A stretch of DNA of 63,804 bases, the filler included, from Octopus bimaculoides (taxonomy: Eukaryota): assembly GCF_001194135.2 (NCBI RefSeq). It is 8 parts of 7 records of this genome, joined end to end, with 100 filler letters (N's around TTAATTAATTAA, not from the genome) between each part and the next. Parts side by side here need not be neighbours in the genome. Positions count along the whole stretch, not along the records: positions 50,485 to 56,966 come from NC_068999.1; positions 57,067 to 58,211 come from NW_026295372.1; positions 58,312 to 62,190 come from NC_069005.1; positions 62,291 to 63,804 come from NW_026303895.1; 4 more parts are not named here. One strand, written 5' to 3'. Under the pieces are notes generated by a model. That model was given only the letters and a program-made list of their open reading frames with translations, was not told where the DNA came from and made no database searches. The position numbers and the translations under genes are program-made. Below, one piece after another: positions 52,946 through 63,804 of this stretch. Every line of letters begins with the position of its first letter. Positions within the stretch are counted from its first letter, which is position 1.

Positions 52946-53565
52946 TATACCCAAAATTAAGCGGAAATGTTCTGTATGGGACAAGCAACTTGTAGTTCAC
53001 TTGATGCAAACCTTCAGTGTCAGTCTGGTAACCAGCGTCTTGCGGTGGAGTCTAACTGCCGCGTAGTGCGTCTTTGTTTTCAGTGCCTCTACCCAGTTTG
53101 TCGACTTTTGCGAAGGTTGAAACGTAGGAACAACCTGCTTATGAGAAATTCCGTTTTCTGCTGGCCGAACGGTAGCCGAAACAGTTGCCATAATTCAGAC
53201 AACTTACAAGGATGACCATGGGCAAAACACAAGTTTCCGAGGGTTTTCACGCTTTAGGAATGGTCTCCTGTCTCTGGAAAACCAATCCCGTCCGGGGCGA
53301 CCGTTGACACCACAAACGAATGAAAACATCACGAAAATTCACTAACTAACCTTGGAGGACCGTCACTGAAGAATCGATGAAATAATTGTTGATATGACTG
53401 ATCTGTCATGGAGCTCCTGGCAACGAATTTTGTGAGAGGAACTGCGAATGAAACGAGCTGCAGCAAAATTTGTGCCTCACTTGATCACAGAAGATCGAAC
53501 GCAATGACTACAGAAGGCTTGTTGTTAACTGAAAGAACATTTGCAAGTTGATCTTGCTCTTTGCG
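52946..53565 (+). mobile_element. Mariner N-terminal relic
   Basis: FRNGLLSLENQSRPGRP...EELRMKRAAAKFVPHL (HTH plus WVPHEL-like linker). Confidence 0.8.
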
Positions 53566-53811
53566 AATACTATTTTGTTACCCCATTATTGATGACTGCA
53601 TAAATGATAAACAGAACGCTATTAAGTATTTTAAAAATAACCGTTAGTATATCTGACGTCAAAGGTAGACCATAGGAAGAGAAGTGGTAAAGAAATAATA
53701 AGTAGAGGGATATGTTGGCTGGAAAAATGTTCAAAGCTTTGGAAGTAGATTTCTTTATTGAAGTAAAGTCCAAGGTGAACTAAATGTTCAAACTATACAG
53801 ACTGGTATAAA

Positions 53812-54760
53812 TCACTTATATGAGCTAAAGCTGTGTTTCTGCCAATGCTTACATTTATAAAATCGCTCTATAAGCGTATTAACAAGGTGACTCTTAGAGA
53901 AGAGAATATGGAAGAGTTCAGAATTGAAAATGTTACAAAATTATTCGCCCTTGTCATAAGGGAAAGAGATGGACAGGATGAACCAATCTAAATTAGAATC
54001 CTTATTGTTGTCTTTTAGATACCAAACCAATTTACTAAGCCCTGTTCACTTGCGTTTACTACTATCCCTAAATGAAGAATAATGATTGTAAATTCTCTTA
54101 GATAACTTGGAAGAGGAAGCGCCAATATAGAAATAGACATTGGTACCTGAAGTAATTTTACATTGGTATATATAATTCTTAATCTTAGAATTATTAGACA
54201 TAAATTTAATTATTGGGGTTGTCCTCAGATACCAAAACTATGTTATTATTTTTATTACTATTATTATGGGAAAGGCTGGTATTAACTAAATTAATGTTGG
54301 AACTCTCAGTAAATGAACTTATATTTAGCAGACTGGTATCATGACAAGATACAATTTGTGAAAGATTATTTGTGTTGGAGAAGGCAACTATAACTATATG
54401 AGAATTAATCTAAAATGTTATGGAAATTTCTTACCGCTTCACAGAACTGCAAAGGAAGATTAGATTTAATTTGTCTTCTGTACGGAATAACAAACCAAAT
54501 AGTTTTGCTAGCACCAGTCAAATTATAAGGGGTACTATCTCTAAAGAACGGTGAATTACCTGTAGAGTGAAAAAATGTGCTTAAATAACGGTTGGCTCCC
54601 TTACTCTGTAAAAGAATTTTATCATGTCTTGTGTTGTTGTCAATATTAGAATTAAAATCACTCTTCGTATTACAACTAGATTTCTTGTCTCGAATAGTAG
54701 ATTGAGCAGAATCCAATCAATTGGATTAAAACCAATGTTGTCTTCGAAACATCTGTCGAA
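53812..54760 (-). pseudogene. Penelope-like element relic with C-terminal GIY-YIG endonuclease
   Basis: One frame with 2 stops: NYIYQCKIT...FYIGASSSKLSKRIYNHYSSF...LSKLVWYLK...LDWFIL...PY...FCN...E...CKH*. Upstream TIWFVIPY. Confidence 0.8.
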
Positions 54761-54797
54761 ACTAAAAGAATTTGAATAACATATGCGTTCAACTCCA

Positions 54798-54852
<55 letters not shown>

Positions 54853-55321
54853 CTTTCTATGCATAAATTTATAAGAACACTCACTCACACAATTTACGAA
54901 ATGGAAATTGAAAAGACGGATTCAAATGTTTCTACTTTATTCTAGTCACCGCAGCCTCATTAATTCCTCTTTGCTCAGAATCTCTATATTTTTCACCATC
55001 AGCGCTATTCGTTCAATTTTATTTTACTTTGATCTTATGAGTTGGTGTTATGTATTTTCGGAAAATAATGTTCTTTGGCATTGTACGTTAAGTATTATTT
55101 TATGATAAGAAGAGAAACGTATGCGTTATTATGATATGATTTGATTTCTGTTGAACAATATATGTGATTCCTATTTGGAAAAGAACGATGATTAAAGCAT
55201 AATATTTCCTTTCTTCTTACAATTCCTTCCTCTAAGAACAGAGTGAGTGATCGAAATTCGGAAAGGGCGAAGTATCTATTTCATTGTTTAGTATTATTGG
55301 ATGTGACGAATGAAGGAAACA

Positions 55322-55472
55322 TCTAAAATCAACAAGATAATAACTATACATCTATATACATATGTCTGTGTGCGTGTGTTCATATGTATGTATGTATGTG
55401 TATGTATATTCAAAAATCCTCCCGTCGACATATAACCACAAGATGTATAGTTATTATCTTGTTGATTTTAGA
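55322..55472. repeat. Perfect 32-bp inverted repeat with 87-bp spacer
   Basis: tctaaaatcaacaagataataactatacatct at 55322-55353 and its exact reverse complement at 55441-55472. Confidence 0.9.
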
Positions 55473-55573
55473 GGGAAGAATGAGAGGGGGAGATAGAAAT
55501 AGAGAGAGAGTCGCGTTAGAAAAATAGTTAAAACTTACTGTATAAAGGTAACGCGTGCGTTCTGTCGTGATAC

Positions 55574-55738
55574 AAACAATATATGAGTATATGCATATAT
55601 ATGTACATGTATGTATATACGTTCATCTACATGTACATATAGATACATAACTGGGTACATGATGTGGCAAAAGAACAAGGACAAAATGGTAAACAAGGTG
55701 CAACAAACAAGCAGGCCACATAGAAACATCCCCTTCAT
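55574..55738. repeat. 165-bp young repeat, copy 2
   Basis: See 38659-38823. Confidence 0.85.
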
Positions 55739-55770
55739 CAGCTGCCACCATATATATATGTACACATAAG

Positions 55771-55810
<40 letters not shown>

Positions 55811-56010
55811 TGTGTATTTCTTCTATCTTAATGAATAAAAATTCTTCTGAAAGAATAACTGGGTTAATAGAAACCAATGTAGCAAAGAACACAAAATAAC
55901 TGTGGTTTAGTTCCTGTTTTTAAGGCAGGAACTCCTTGAAATTTTGGGTATTTGAGTATATTTAAGAATTTAAGTATTGGAGAAAACGCATGTTATAATT
56001 GCATACTTTA

Positions 56011-56095
56011 TTCCTACATATGTTTCAAAGGATTACAACCTGTGTGATCCATAGGGATCTTTGCTATTAAAATTGTAACCTTCTCATCAGGGAAA
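56011..56095 (-). ncRNA. Type I hammerhead ribozyme with complete core
   Basis: ttcc/ggaa stem I, CTGATGA, 11-bp stem II (gaaggttacaa/ttgtaatccttt, one bulge), GAAA, palindromic ACATATGT stem III, triplet GUA; predicted cut between 56015 and 56014. Confidence 0.8.
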
Positions 56096-56443
56096 GCATG
56101 AGAATCATCTTAAACGTAAGACATTATGACCGATTATGAAAACAATAGATGGATAAGGTTATGACTTGATTCATTTGAAAAAAAAAACCGTTAGAGAATT
56201 GGACGCTGCCGGATAGTGGGTTGGACAACACATACCAATCAATGTGTAAGAGCGTACATGCATACATAAATACATATACACAAACACACACGTATACATG
56301 CATACTGATACACACACACACACACGTATACATGCATACTGATACACACAAATACATATATATATGTATATACACATACATACACATGTGCACCCGTATA
56401 TACATATGTATACATACATATATTTATATATGTATATATATAT

Positions 56444-56511
<68 letters not shown>

Positions 56512-56882
56512 TCATACGTCCACATTTATACATATGCACATACGTACCCACGCATATACAAATATACACGTGTGCGTGTCCCCATATACACGTATGTATC
56601 CATCTACATATACACACATGTATAAAGAGAAATATATTCATGCACATGCATACATCCAAATACATATACGTAGATTTGTACACATATACACACACACATA
56701 TATATATATATACTTACAAACATACATACACCCCCCTCACAGGTATATATGTGTACATACATACACAGATACACTCATCCACACACCTATATACCCATAT
56801 ACATACACATACACATGCACACGTACCCATACACATACATACATATATACATACACATACACACACATACAGATACATAGAG

Positions 56883-56966
<84 letters not shown>

Positions 56967-57085
56967 NNNNNNNNNNNNNNNNNNNNNNNNNNNNNNNNNN
57001 NNNNNNNNNNTTAATTAATTAANNNNNNNNNNNNNNNNNNNNNNNNNNNNNNNNNNNNNNNNNNNNATATATATATATATATATA

Positions 57086-58210
57086 CCGTAAATCCTTGAG
57101 TATAATCTGCATTTTTTCCCCAAAATTTAAAGGTCAAGATCCCTAGTGCGTACGATATACGAGGTTAAAAATGAGGAATATTTTCTAAACAATGTCTGAG
57201 TCTCTATTTGCTGTCCGGCAACGTTTATTCAGACGTATTTTGTGATGTCGGTTGCGAAAATACCTTAAGCTAGCCTGAAAGCAATGAAGTCATAAAAGAA
57301 TCATCCATAACTTGCAACATTTATTAAAATAAAAGTATTCAGAACACAGAATAACATGTAACAAAAACAATTTGCAAATATATTTACATTCCCATTTAAC
57401 AGTTAAGAACATCACCATTATTGTATTACGCATGCCTGGAAGTGTTTGTTCAACTAGGTGCTGCTGGCTTAATTACACATGAATTGTGCTTAATAGTTTA
57501 GCGCTAAATAGTTCATCCTACTGTTTGTATTAGCAATTTGCATCATAACCGTGGCAAACAATAGATACTTAATTAAATACCAGTATTAAATATTTGAACT
57601 GTGGGTCTTTACTAGGGTTTTTTATAAACGGGACTTTAACATGTCCATTAATCTCCAATAAAACATTTTATACATTACATGTCCATAAAATGCCTCGTAG
57701 ATCTTATTCAGCTATGTTTAAACTTGAAGTTATATCATATGCTGAAGAAAATTTGATGTTGACGGCCTGACTTTGATATGCAAATGGATTGTGTATGCAT
57801 GGAATGAACTTGATCCCCAGGTTATTGTGAAAAGTTTTATCAAATGTTGTATATCGTCTGCACTGGATGGTACTCAGGATGACGTTGAATGGAAAGATGA
57901 AATAAATGAAAGTGAATCTTCTGATGTTGTCTATGAATCTGATGATGATGGAGATTTACACTACAACGATGCTGACATGTTTATAGAGGAACAGATGGAA
58001 CAGTTATTTGATGCTGCAAATGACGTTGAATTTCAAGGATCTGAATAAATGTTTTTGCTTTTGTTACTGATAGTGATAAATATGTAAAGGCAATTTACTT
58101 AATATTTATTTTTCACTGACATTATTACTGTTATTTCTTTATTTTCTGCAAACAAAGTGTGCAAAAAAGCTACACGTTTGCATTGTTATATATACAATAA
58201 TAATAAAGGA
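57086..58210 (+). mobile_element. Tc2/pogo-type non-autonomous DNA transposon
   Basis: TA followed by a CCGTAAATCC terminus. ORF 57773-58048 (KWIVYAWNELDPQVIVKSFIKCCISSALDG.QDD) matches a pogo/DDE_1 C-terminus. Confidence 0.75.
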
Positions 58211-58311
58211 CNNNNNNNNNNNNNNNNNNNNNNNNNNNNNNNNNNNNNNNNNNNNTTAATTAATTAANNNNNNNNNNNNNNNNNNNNNNNNNNNNNNNNN
58301 NNNNNNNNNNN

Positions 58312-58625
58312 GCCCATGGACTGGCTCTTGTGCGAGTGACACATGAGGTTTTTCGAGCGAGATCGTTGCTGGTGCCCCTGGACTGGCTCTTGTGCGGGTG
58401 GCACATAAAAGACACCATTTCGAGCGTGGCCGTTTTCATGCGGGTGACACGTAAAAGCACCCACTACACTCTCTGAGTGGTTGGCGTTAGGAAGGGCATC
58501 CAGCTGTAGAAACTCTGCCAAATTAGATTGGAGCCTGGTGTTGCCATCCGGTTTCACCAGTCCTCAGTCAAATCGTCCAACCCATGCTAGCATGGAAGGC
58601 GGACGTTAAACGATGATGATGATGA
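58312..58625 (+). mobile_element. SINE family D 3' part with tandem ~62-bp subunits and (GAT)n tail
   Basis: ggcgttaggaagggcatccagctgtagaaac...ggacgttaaacgatgatgat. Confidence 0.75.
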
Positions 58626-58639
58626 AAGAGCTGGGAGAA

Positions 58640-60470
58640 AAGAAATGAGCAGGGTTATTTACCCTCTTGGTGTTGTTGGTAGCCAGGTGGTCCAACTTCT
58701 AGCTCAGGTTGGGATTCTTTTGGGAATCCCTTCAAAAGTTTGTTTGTTCCTATATCATACGGGAAAACTTCCCTAATGTTTTTATATGTTGTTAGCAGCA
58801 TGTCCACTAACATGAGCTATCCTGGCACTTTAAGAGTGCTGGTGTCATATATTGAACCCTCTCTCTCAATCTCTTTATTTTGAGCAATGAGGGCCATCAA
58901 ATTTTTGTTGACCCTCCTATCTAGCACAAAATTTGGAGTCTGTGTGGTTGATATTTCTTTTGTAATCTCTCTTTTTGGGGTGAGGTGAGATTGTGATAGT
59001 GTTAGTTGTACTGGTGGTGATAGCTTTGATTATGTTGACAGTTGTGGAGCTGGTGGGGCTTATGTTGATGTGAGGTTGGGTGTCTTTTTTCCCTGTATTT
59101 GTTTTTGCATTTTTTAGTTTTGGGGTTCTTCTATGGAGTGTCCTGGATAAAGATGAGTGTGTGAGTGTGTGTGAGTGTATGTTTGTGTGTGAGTGTATGT
59201 TTGAGAGAAGGGGAGATGGAGAGCTGGGTTGAGGAGCACTCCAGGTGGTCGTCTTTGCCGATATTCTCATCAATGTTGGTAGTGCTGTTATTGCTGCTAC
59301 TACTACTGTTGCTGGTCCTTCCACTGCAGATGGAGCCACTGCTGCAAACACCAATATCACCTCCGTTATTGTTGGTATTGTGGATTTTGGTGTGATTTTT
59401 TTTTTTTGTGATGCACCAGCCACTGTTGCAGCACTTTTCTTGCTTGCTGTAGTAGCAATGGCTGTAACATTAGTTGTGGGGCCCTCCTTTTTCCCCTTTT
59501 GTTTTTGTGTAGGTAGAATACCTTTAGATGATCCGTCGTTCCACAGACATGACATCTTGGTTATCTGCTCTCCACACTCTTAACTCTATTCCATTCTGCA
59601 GGGAGATCAGGTCTGGGATCCCCTCCAGCTGGTCTGGTTTTACATGGAGAAGTACCACCAGTGTGATCCCAGTCCAGTTCTCTCTCCTTGAGCTCTTGAG
59701 TGCTTGACCTCCAGGAGAGTTTCGCTCTCATCTAATACCACACAAGCAAGAATCCATCACAAATCTAGTTTATATGGTAATTTTCACTGCATTTCTTCCC
59801 AAATACATAAGGAAGTATATGAATTTTTCACTATGGCAGGCAGCCACCAACTGGTGAATTGCTAGGGCTACAGTCTTAAATAAGATTTCGACCCCACTGA
59901 AATGCTTTGCTCTCAATATATGGCCAATGTCTGGCCATATACCATGTAAGACCATTTCAATCTGGATGTTTATTTCCAGGTGTCAAGACTTGAGATTGAT
60001 GCATCTGTAAAACATTGTTTTCTGGCTGTAGTAGCAAATGTCTCAGGAGGCAGAGCCAGCTCTGCTCTTCTTTCTTCAATTTTTCTAAATTTAGCCGCAT
60101 TTGACAATTTAGAGGCTTTATCCACTAGGGAGAGTTCAAAAAGTTCTTTTGAGGTTCCATGCCCACAAAAGAGATTTTGCTATTGTTGCTGTTGGTGGAG
60201 TTGTAACTGCTTCCACTACTGCTACTGCCGCTACCATTACTACTACCTACTCCCACTCTGCCTTCACTATTAACATTGCTATTGCTGATGCTGCTCTGGT
60301 CACTGCTGTCACCTTCACTGCTTTTGCTGCTGCTTCTGTCTTCCTTGCCTGCCAGTACACCTGATGGCATTTGAACTGTAATCATCTCCGTTCTCTCCTC
60401 TCTTTCACCTGCCTTACTTTCAACATTATTACCATTGCCTGTGCCACTACACTATCCAAATGTCATATAC
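58640..60470 (-). mobile_element. Degraded retroelement ORF1/gag-like relic with zinc knuckle
   Basis: CHVCGTTDHLKVFY at 59554-59513 (CX2CX4HX4C with last C>Y), followed by S/T/K-rich low-complexity sequence. Confidence 0.45.
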
Positions 60471-61317
60471 ACATTTCTCATGGAAGTAAGAGAAGGAAGT
60501 AGAAGGGAGTCTTCAGCTGTAAGAGGGCTGTCATGGGAAGTGTTCTCTTTCTGAATGCGTTCAAGCTGGACATAGCCATCTTGTAATAGATTTTGTTTTT
60601 AAAAATCAACAAAATGCTTTTTAAGGGAGGCAAAAATATTACGCCTTATGAAGCAAAACAGCTATTGTACACCAGCAAAAGCTTCCTGGTGTTTTCTTAG
60701 TAACAAATTGCAACAAAAATTCTATACAAACAATAGCACAAAACAGATGAAAACAATAATTTTAAACAAGAACCATATTCAACTTTACTCTTTTTCTTCT
60801 CTATGCTCTTCTTTTCTATTCATTCTTCACTCTGATGATGTTCCTTGTTTCAGATTGGTTTTATTACCAAATATGATTAATATTTTTACATATTTTGAAT
60901 ATCAATGGCAATACCATATAACTTTGGAAGCAGAAATATCTGTTAGATGGGATGCAGTCTATTTGCATTGAATTAATGAATAATAATTGATGTAAGTCAA
61001 TTGTTGTTAATCAGTATTTCTTCATACACATACGTGTGTGCATGTATGCACAAACATATATTATGTTGTTGATATTGTCAACCGAGACATTACATCTTAT
61101 TCTTCAAATGCTTCAATTCTGTGTATGTATATATATTTACTAGATTGCTGACAATTATCAATAGTTTTCCCCATTGTGGTGATGTGCCATTTACTATCAT
61201 TAATAAAGCTGTCAGCATTTTTGCCAACACAGGTATGCTAGTAATAATAATATCTGGAAAATAAAATTATGCCAGATACAAAAAAGAAGTTAAATTATTG
61301 TGGTCATTGAAGAAGGT

Positions 61318-61470
61318 ATTATACCTATTGCTGTTGGAGCCATGGGTACTATGAGAATCAAGCTCATAAACTGGATTGAAAAGATAGAATTAAAAGTGAA
61401 AATAGAGCATTTACAGAAAAGCGTTACTTCGAACTGCATGAATACTAGGAAGAGTTTTCGAAATCTGAAT
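61318..61470 (+). mobile_element. Old R4/Dong-clade LINE 3' relic
   Basis: IIPIAVGAMGTMRIKLINWIEKIELKVKIEHLQKS...RTA*ILGRVFEI*. Confidence 0.6.
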
Positions 61471-61791
61471 GAATAGTATTACACTAAGTTCACTGATTGT
61501 GGACAGCTGACACTGTTATATTCTCTAGCAAAGTTGCTGCGTTAAACAAGATAATTATAACAACAATAATATTAATCCTTTCTACTAGAGCAATGTTTTC
61601 CAAACTCTTCTGGTTAATGACACACTTTTTAAACATACATTATTTAGCAACACACCAATTAAGTTTTATGCAAACCTAACATTAATTATTTTAATATGAT
61701 CTACCATGGCTATAAGCTGATGCATAAATTAATTGTAAAAGCAGAACATATCAAGAAAACCTTTCAATTATATTTTATAAATTTATAATTT

Positions 61792-62190
61792 ACTAGCAGA
61801 GTTGCCCGTGTTACATGCAATTGAAGGATGAGACTTTTCTCTTATATTTCCTGTAAGGAACTGGAATAGATATGATTCGAATTTCATCAAAATTGCACAT
61901 GTGGGTTCTTTCCCTCTTTACACACCCTAAAAAAATTCTAATCATGAGACATGTATCCCATACTATTAATCTTTATGCACATATTCCAAAATTTCAGTCT
62001 TCTGGAACCTGTAAAAAGGATTTTGCTCCTGAAAAATGGAGCTCATGGAGCTCTAAAATATGGGAATGAAGGCCCCTATTGGGGGTGGGTGTGTTAATGT
62101 CAACCAGAGAAGTTGAATTGTGGGGAATGTTTTTAACTTTGGTCTTATAAGTATACCTGTATATATGTGAGAGTATAGTTTCACTTTAAT
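61792..62190 (+). mobile_element. Possible non-autonomous Helitron-like element
   Basis: Starts actagcagagttgcccgtg and contains ccaaaatttcag; resemblance only. Confidence 0.3.
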
Positions 62191-62290
62191 NNNNNNNNNN
62201 NNNNNNNNNNNNNNNNNNNNNNNNNNNNNNNNNNTTAATTAATTAANNNNNNNNNNNNNNNNNNNNNNNNNNNNNNNNNNNNNNNNNNNN

Positions 62291-62475
62291 GCACCCCATC
62301 AATTATTATGACATCGAGGGTTCCAGTTGATCCGGTCAACGGAACAGCCTGCTCGTGAAATTAACGTGCAAGTGGCTGAGCACTCCACAGACACGTGTAC
62401 CCTTAACGTAGTTCTCGGGGATATTCAGCGTGACACAGAGTGTGACAAGGCTGACCCTTTGAATTACACATCGGA
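62291..62475 (-). mobile_element. SINE 3' body fragment (family assignment uncertain)
   Basis: gttccagttgatcc...gtggctgagcactccacagacacgtg, recalled as an octopus SINE 3' body; no other copy found in this window. Confidence 0.45.
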
Positions 62476-62514
62476 CAAGTGGCGTCTCAAATCATTTCAT
62501 ATTACCTCAGATAC

Positions 62515-62925
62515 TATGCCAATCAGACATTTTGGATGCTGGCTTTTTCCCAATCACTGCCAACTTCACTTTGTGTGTGCCTGCTCCATTAACACACCCA
62601 AGAATAGTTAACCTATCCTTAGCATCCTTAAAAACCTGCTGGTGCTGTCTCATCTGCCGTTGTTACAGTTTTTCTTGTACAAAGCTGTTTCATCAGCATT
62701 ATAAATTTATTCGGGAGAAAGGTTTTCATCAGATACGATCTTGGCAAATTCGTCTACGTAATTTTCCGTAGTTTCATAATCAGTAGAAGCTTCTTCACCA
62801 CAGATTTTCAGATATTTTACACCATGACATATCTTGAATTTCTGCAGCCAACCTTCTGAATATTAACAATCTCCTTCAATGTTCAATTCTTTATGAAATA
62901 TTCTAACTTGTTTCACAACCAACAA
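62515..62925 (-). mobile_element. Tigger/pogo transposase relic
   Basis: SPE*IYNADETAL...[28 protein letters not shown]. Confidence 0.85.
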
Positions 62926-63040
62926 ACCGCTGTGAGTGTTTATTGAGCGAAAACACCTAAAGCTCCACGAGGCTCCGGCAGGGGATGGTGGCGAACCCTG
63001 CTGTACTCTTCCACCATAACTTTCTCTCACTCTTACTACC

Positions 63041-63073
<33 letters not shown>

Positions 63074-63203
63074 CGATGATGATGGAGATTATGAGGATTA
63101 TAAAGATGATGATGATGGTTATGAAGATGATGATAAAGACGATGAAAATGATGATGATGAAAATGATGATGATGGCTATGAGGACGATAATGATAATGAT
63201 GAG
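63041..63203. repeat. Degenerate (GAT)n microsatellite
   Basis: Seen directly. Confidence 0.9.
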
Positions 63204-63770
63204 TTCATTTGGAAAAGCAGTGAATAATAGGGAGACGAAGAGCGCGTAATTAAAAGAGAGAGAACGATGACATCGAACGAGAAGAATAAGAGAGAGAGAG
63301 AGAAACAAACGGACAGACAGACAGACAGAAAGAAAGACAGTTTTGGGAAACTGCCCAAAGTCGTCGGTGTTACCGTTGTCGCAACCACTGAAATTATTGT
63401 TTGGCAGCAACAACAACACCACCGCCAGGGATAAACAACACAGTTAGGACGGCGAGCGTTGACGCGAGGCGAACGGCGGTCGAGCGAGCGAGCGAATGAG
63501 CGAGCGAACGAACGAACGAACGAACGAACGAGCGAAGTGCGACTGAGAAAGGCAGGGGAGAGTTGATGATGAGAATGACGGTCTCTCAGGGTGGAGACTG
63601 GGTGGGTGCACTTGATGTCTCTTTGATTGAACGATTGTGCGCAAGATGTAAATGTTTAGAGTAATGTGTTCATCAGAGCAATTATTGCAGGACAAGTTTA
63701 GAAGCTTTTGTGTTAAGACAATTCTATGTATGTACGCATGTGTGTATGTAGGTGTGTGTATATGTATATG

Positions 63771-63804
<34 letters not shown>

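Noticed and set aside
58535-58575. Minus-strand CTGAGGA-ctggt-GAAACCGGATG
   Set aside because: No stem II, G at the cleavage position, and part of a SINE body.
58917-59583. ORFs of 212 aa (-) and 112 aa (+)
   Set aside because: Low-complexity parts of a decayed retroelement; no splice or domain support.
62985-63227. Poly-Asp ORF
   Set aside because: (GAT)n microsatellite.

Overview
Eukaryotic, AT-rich, microsatellite-dense draft-assembly DNA with many N gaps. It is most likely octopus, inferred from the SINE families and repeat style. One host gene is supported: an Iroquois (Irx) TALE-homeobox gene on + with three visible coding exons (13453-13562, 17140-17516, 19828-20810). Splice phases are consistent and the exons total 1470 nt (489 aa + stop); the 5' exon(s) are not visible. 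The rest is gene desert filled with tRNA-derived SINEs (about 5 families), LINE relics (CR1-like, RTE, R4/Dong), Tc1/mariner and pogo/Tigger relics, a Penelope-like GIY-YIG relic and microsatellites. The most interesting signal is a cluster of type I hammerhead ribozyme motifs: three with paired stems (30637-30702 +, 37226-37283 +, 56011-56095 -) plus decayed ones. Two of them lie in non-coding units of about 475 and 497 bp with terminal redundancy. One unit is flanked by (TA)n; the other's duplication starts 1 nt after the predicted cleavage point. They resemble non-autonomous Penelope-like or retrozyme-like elements and share an unusual GUU-cleaving hammerhead variant. All alignments and folds were done by eye and need computational confirmation.
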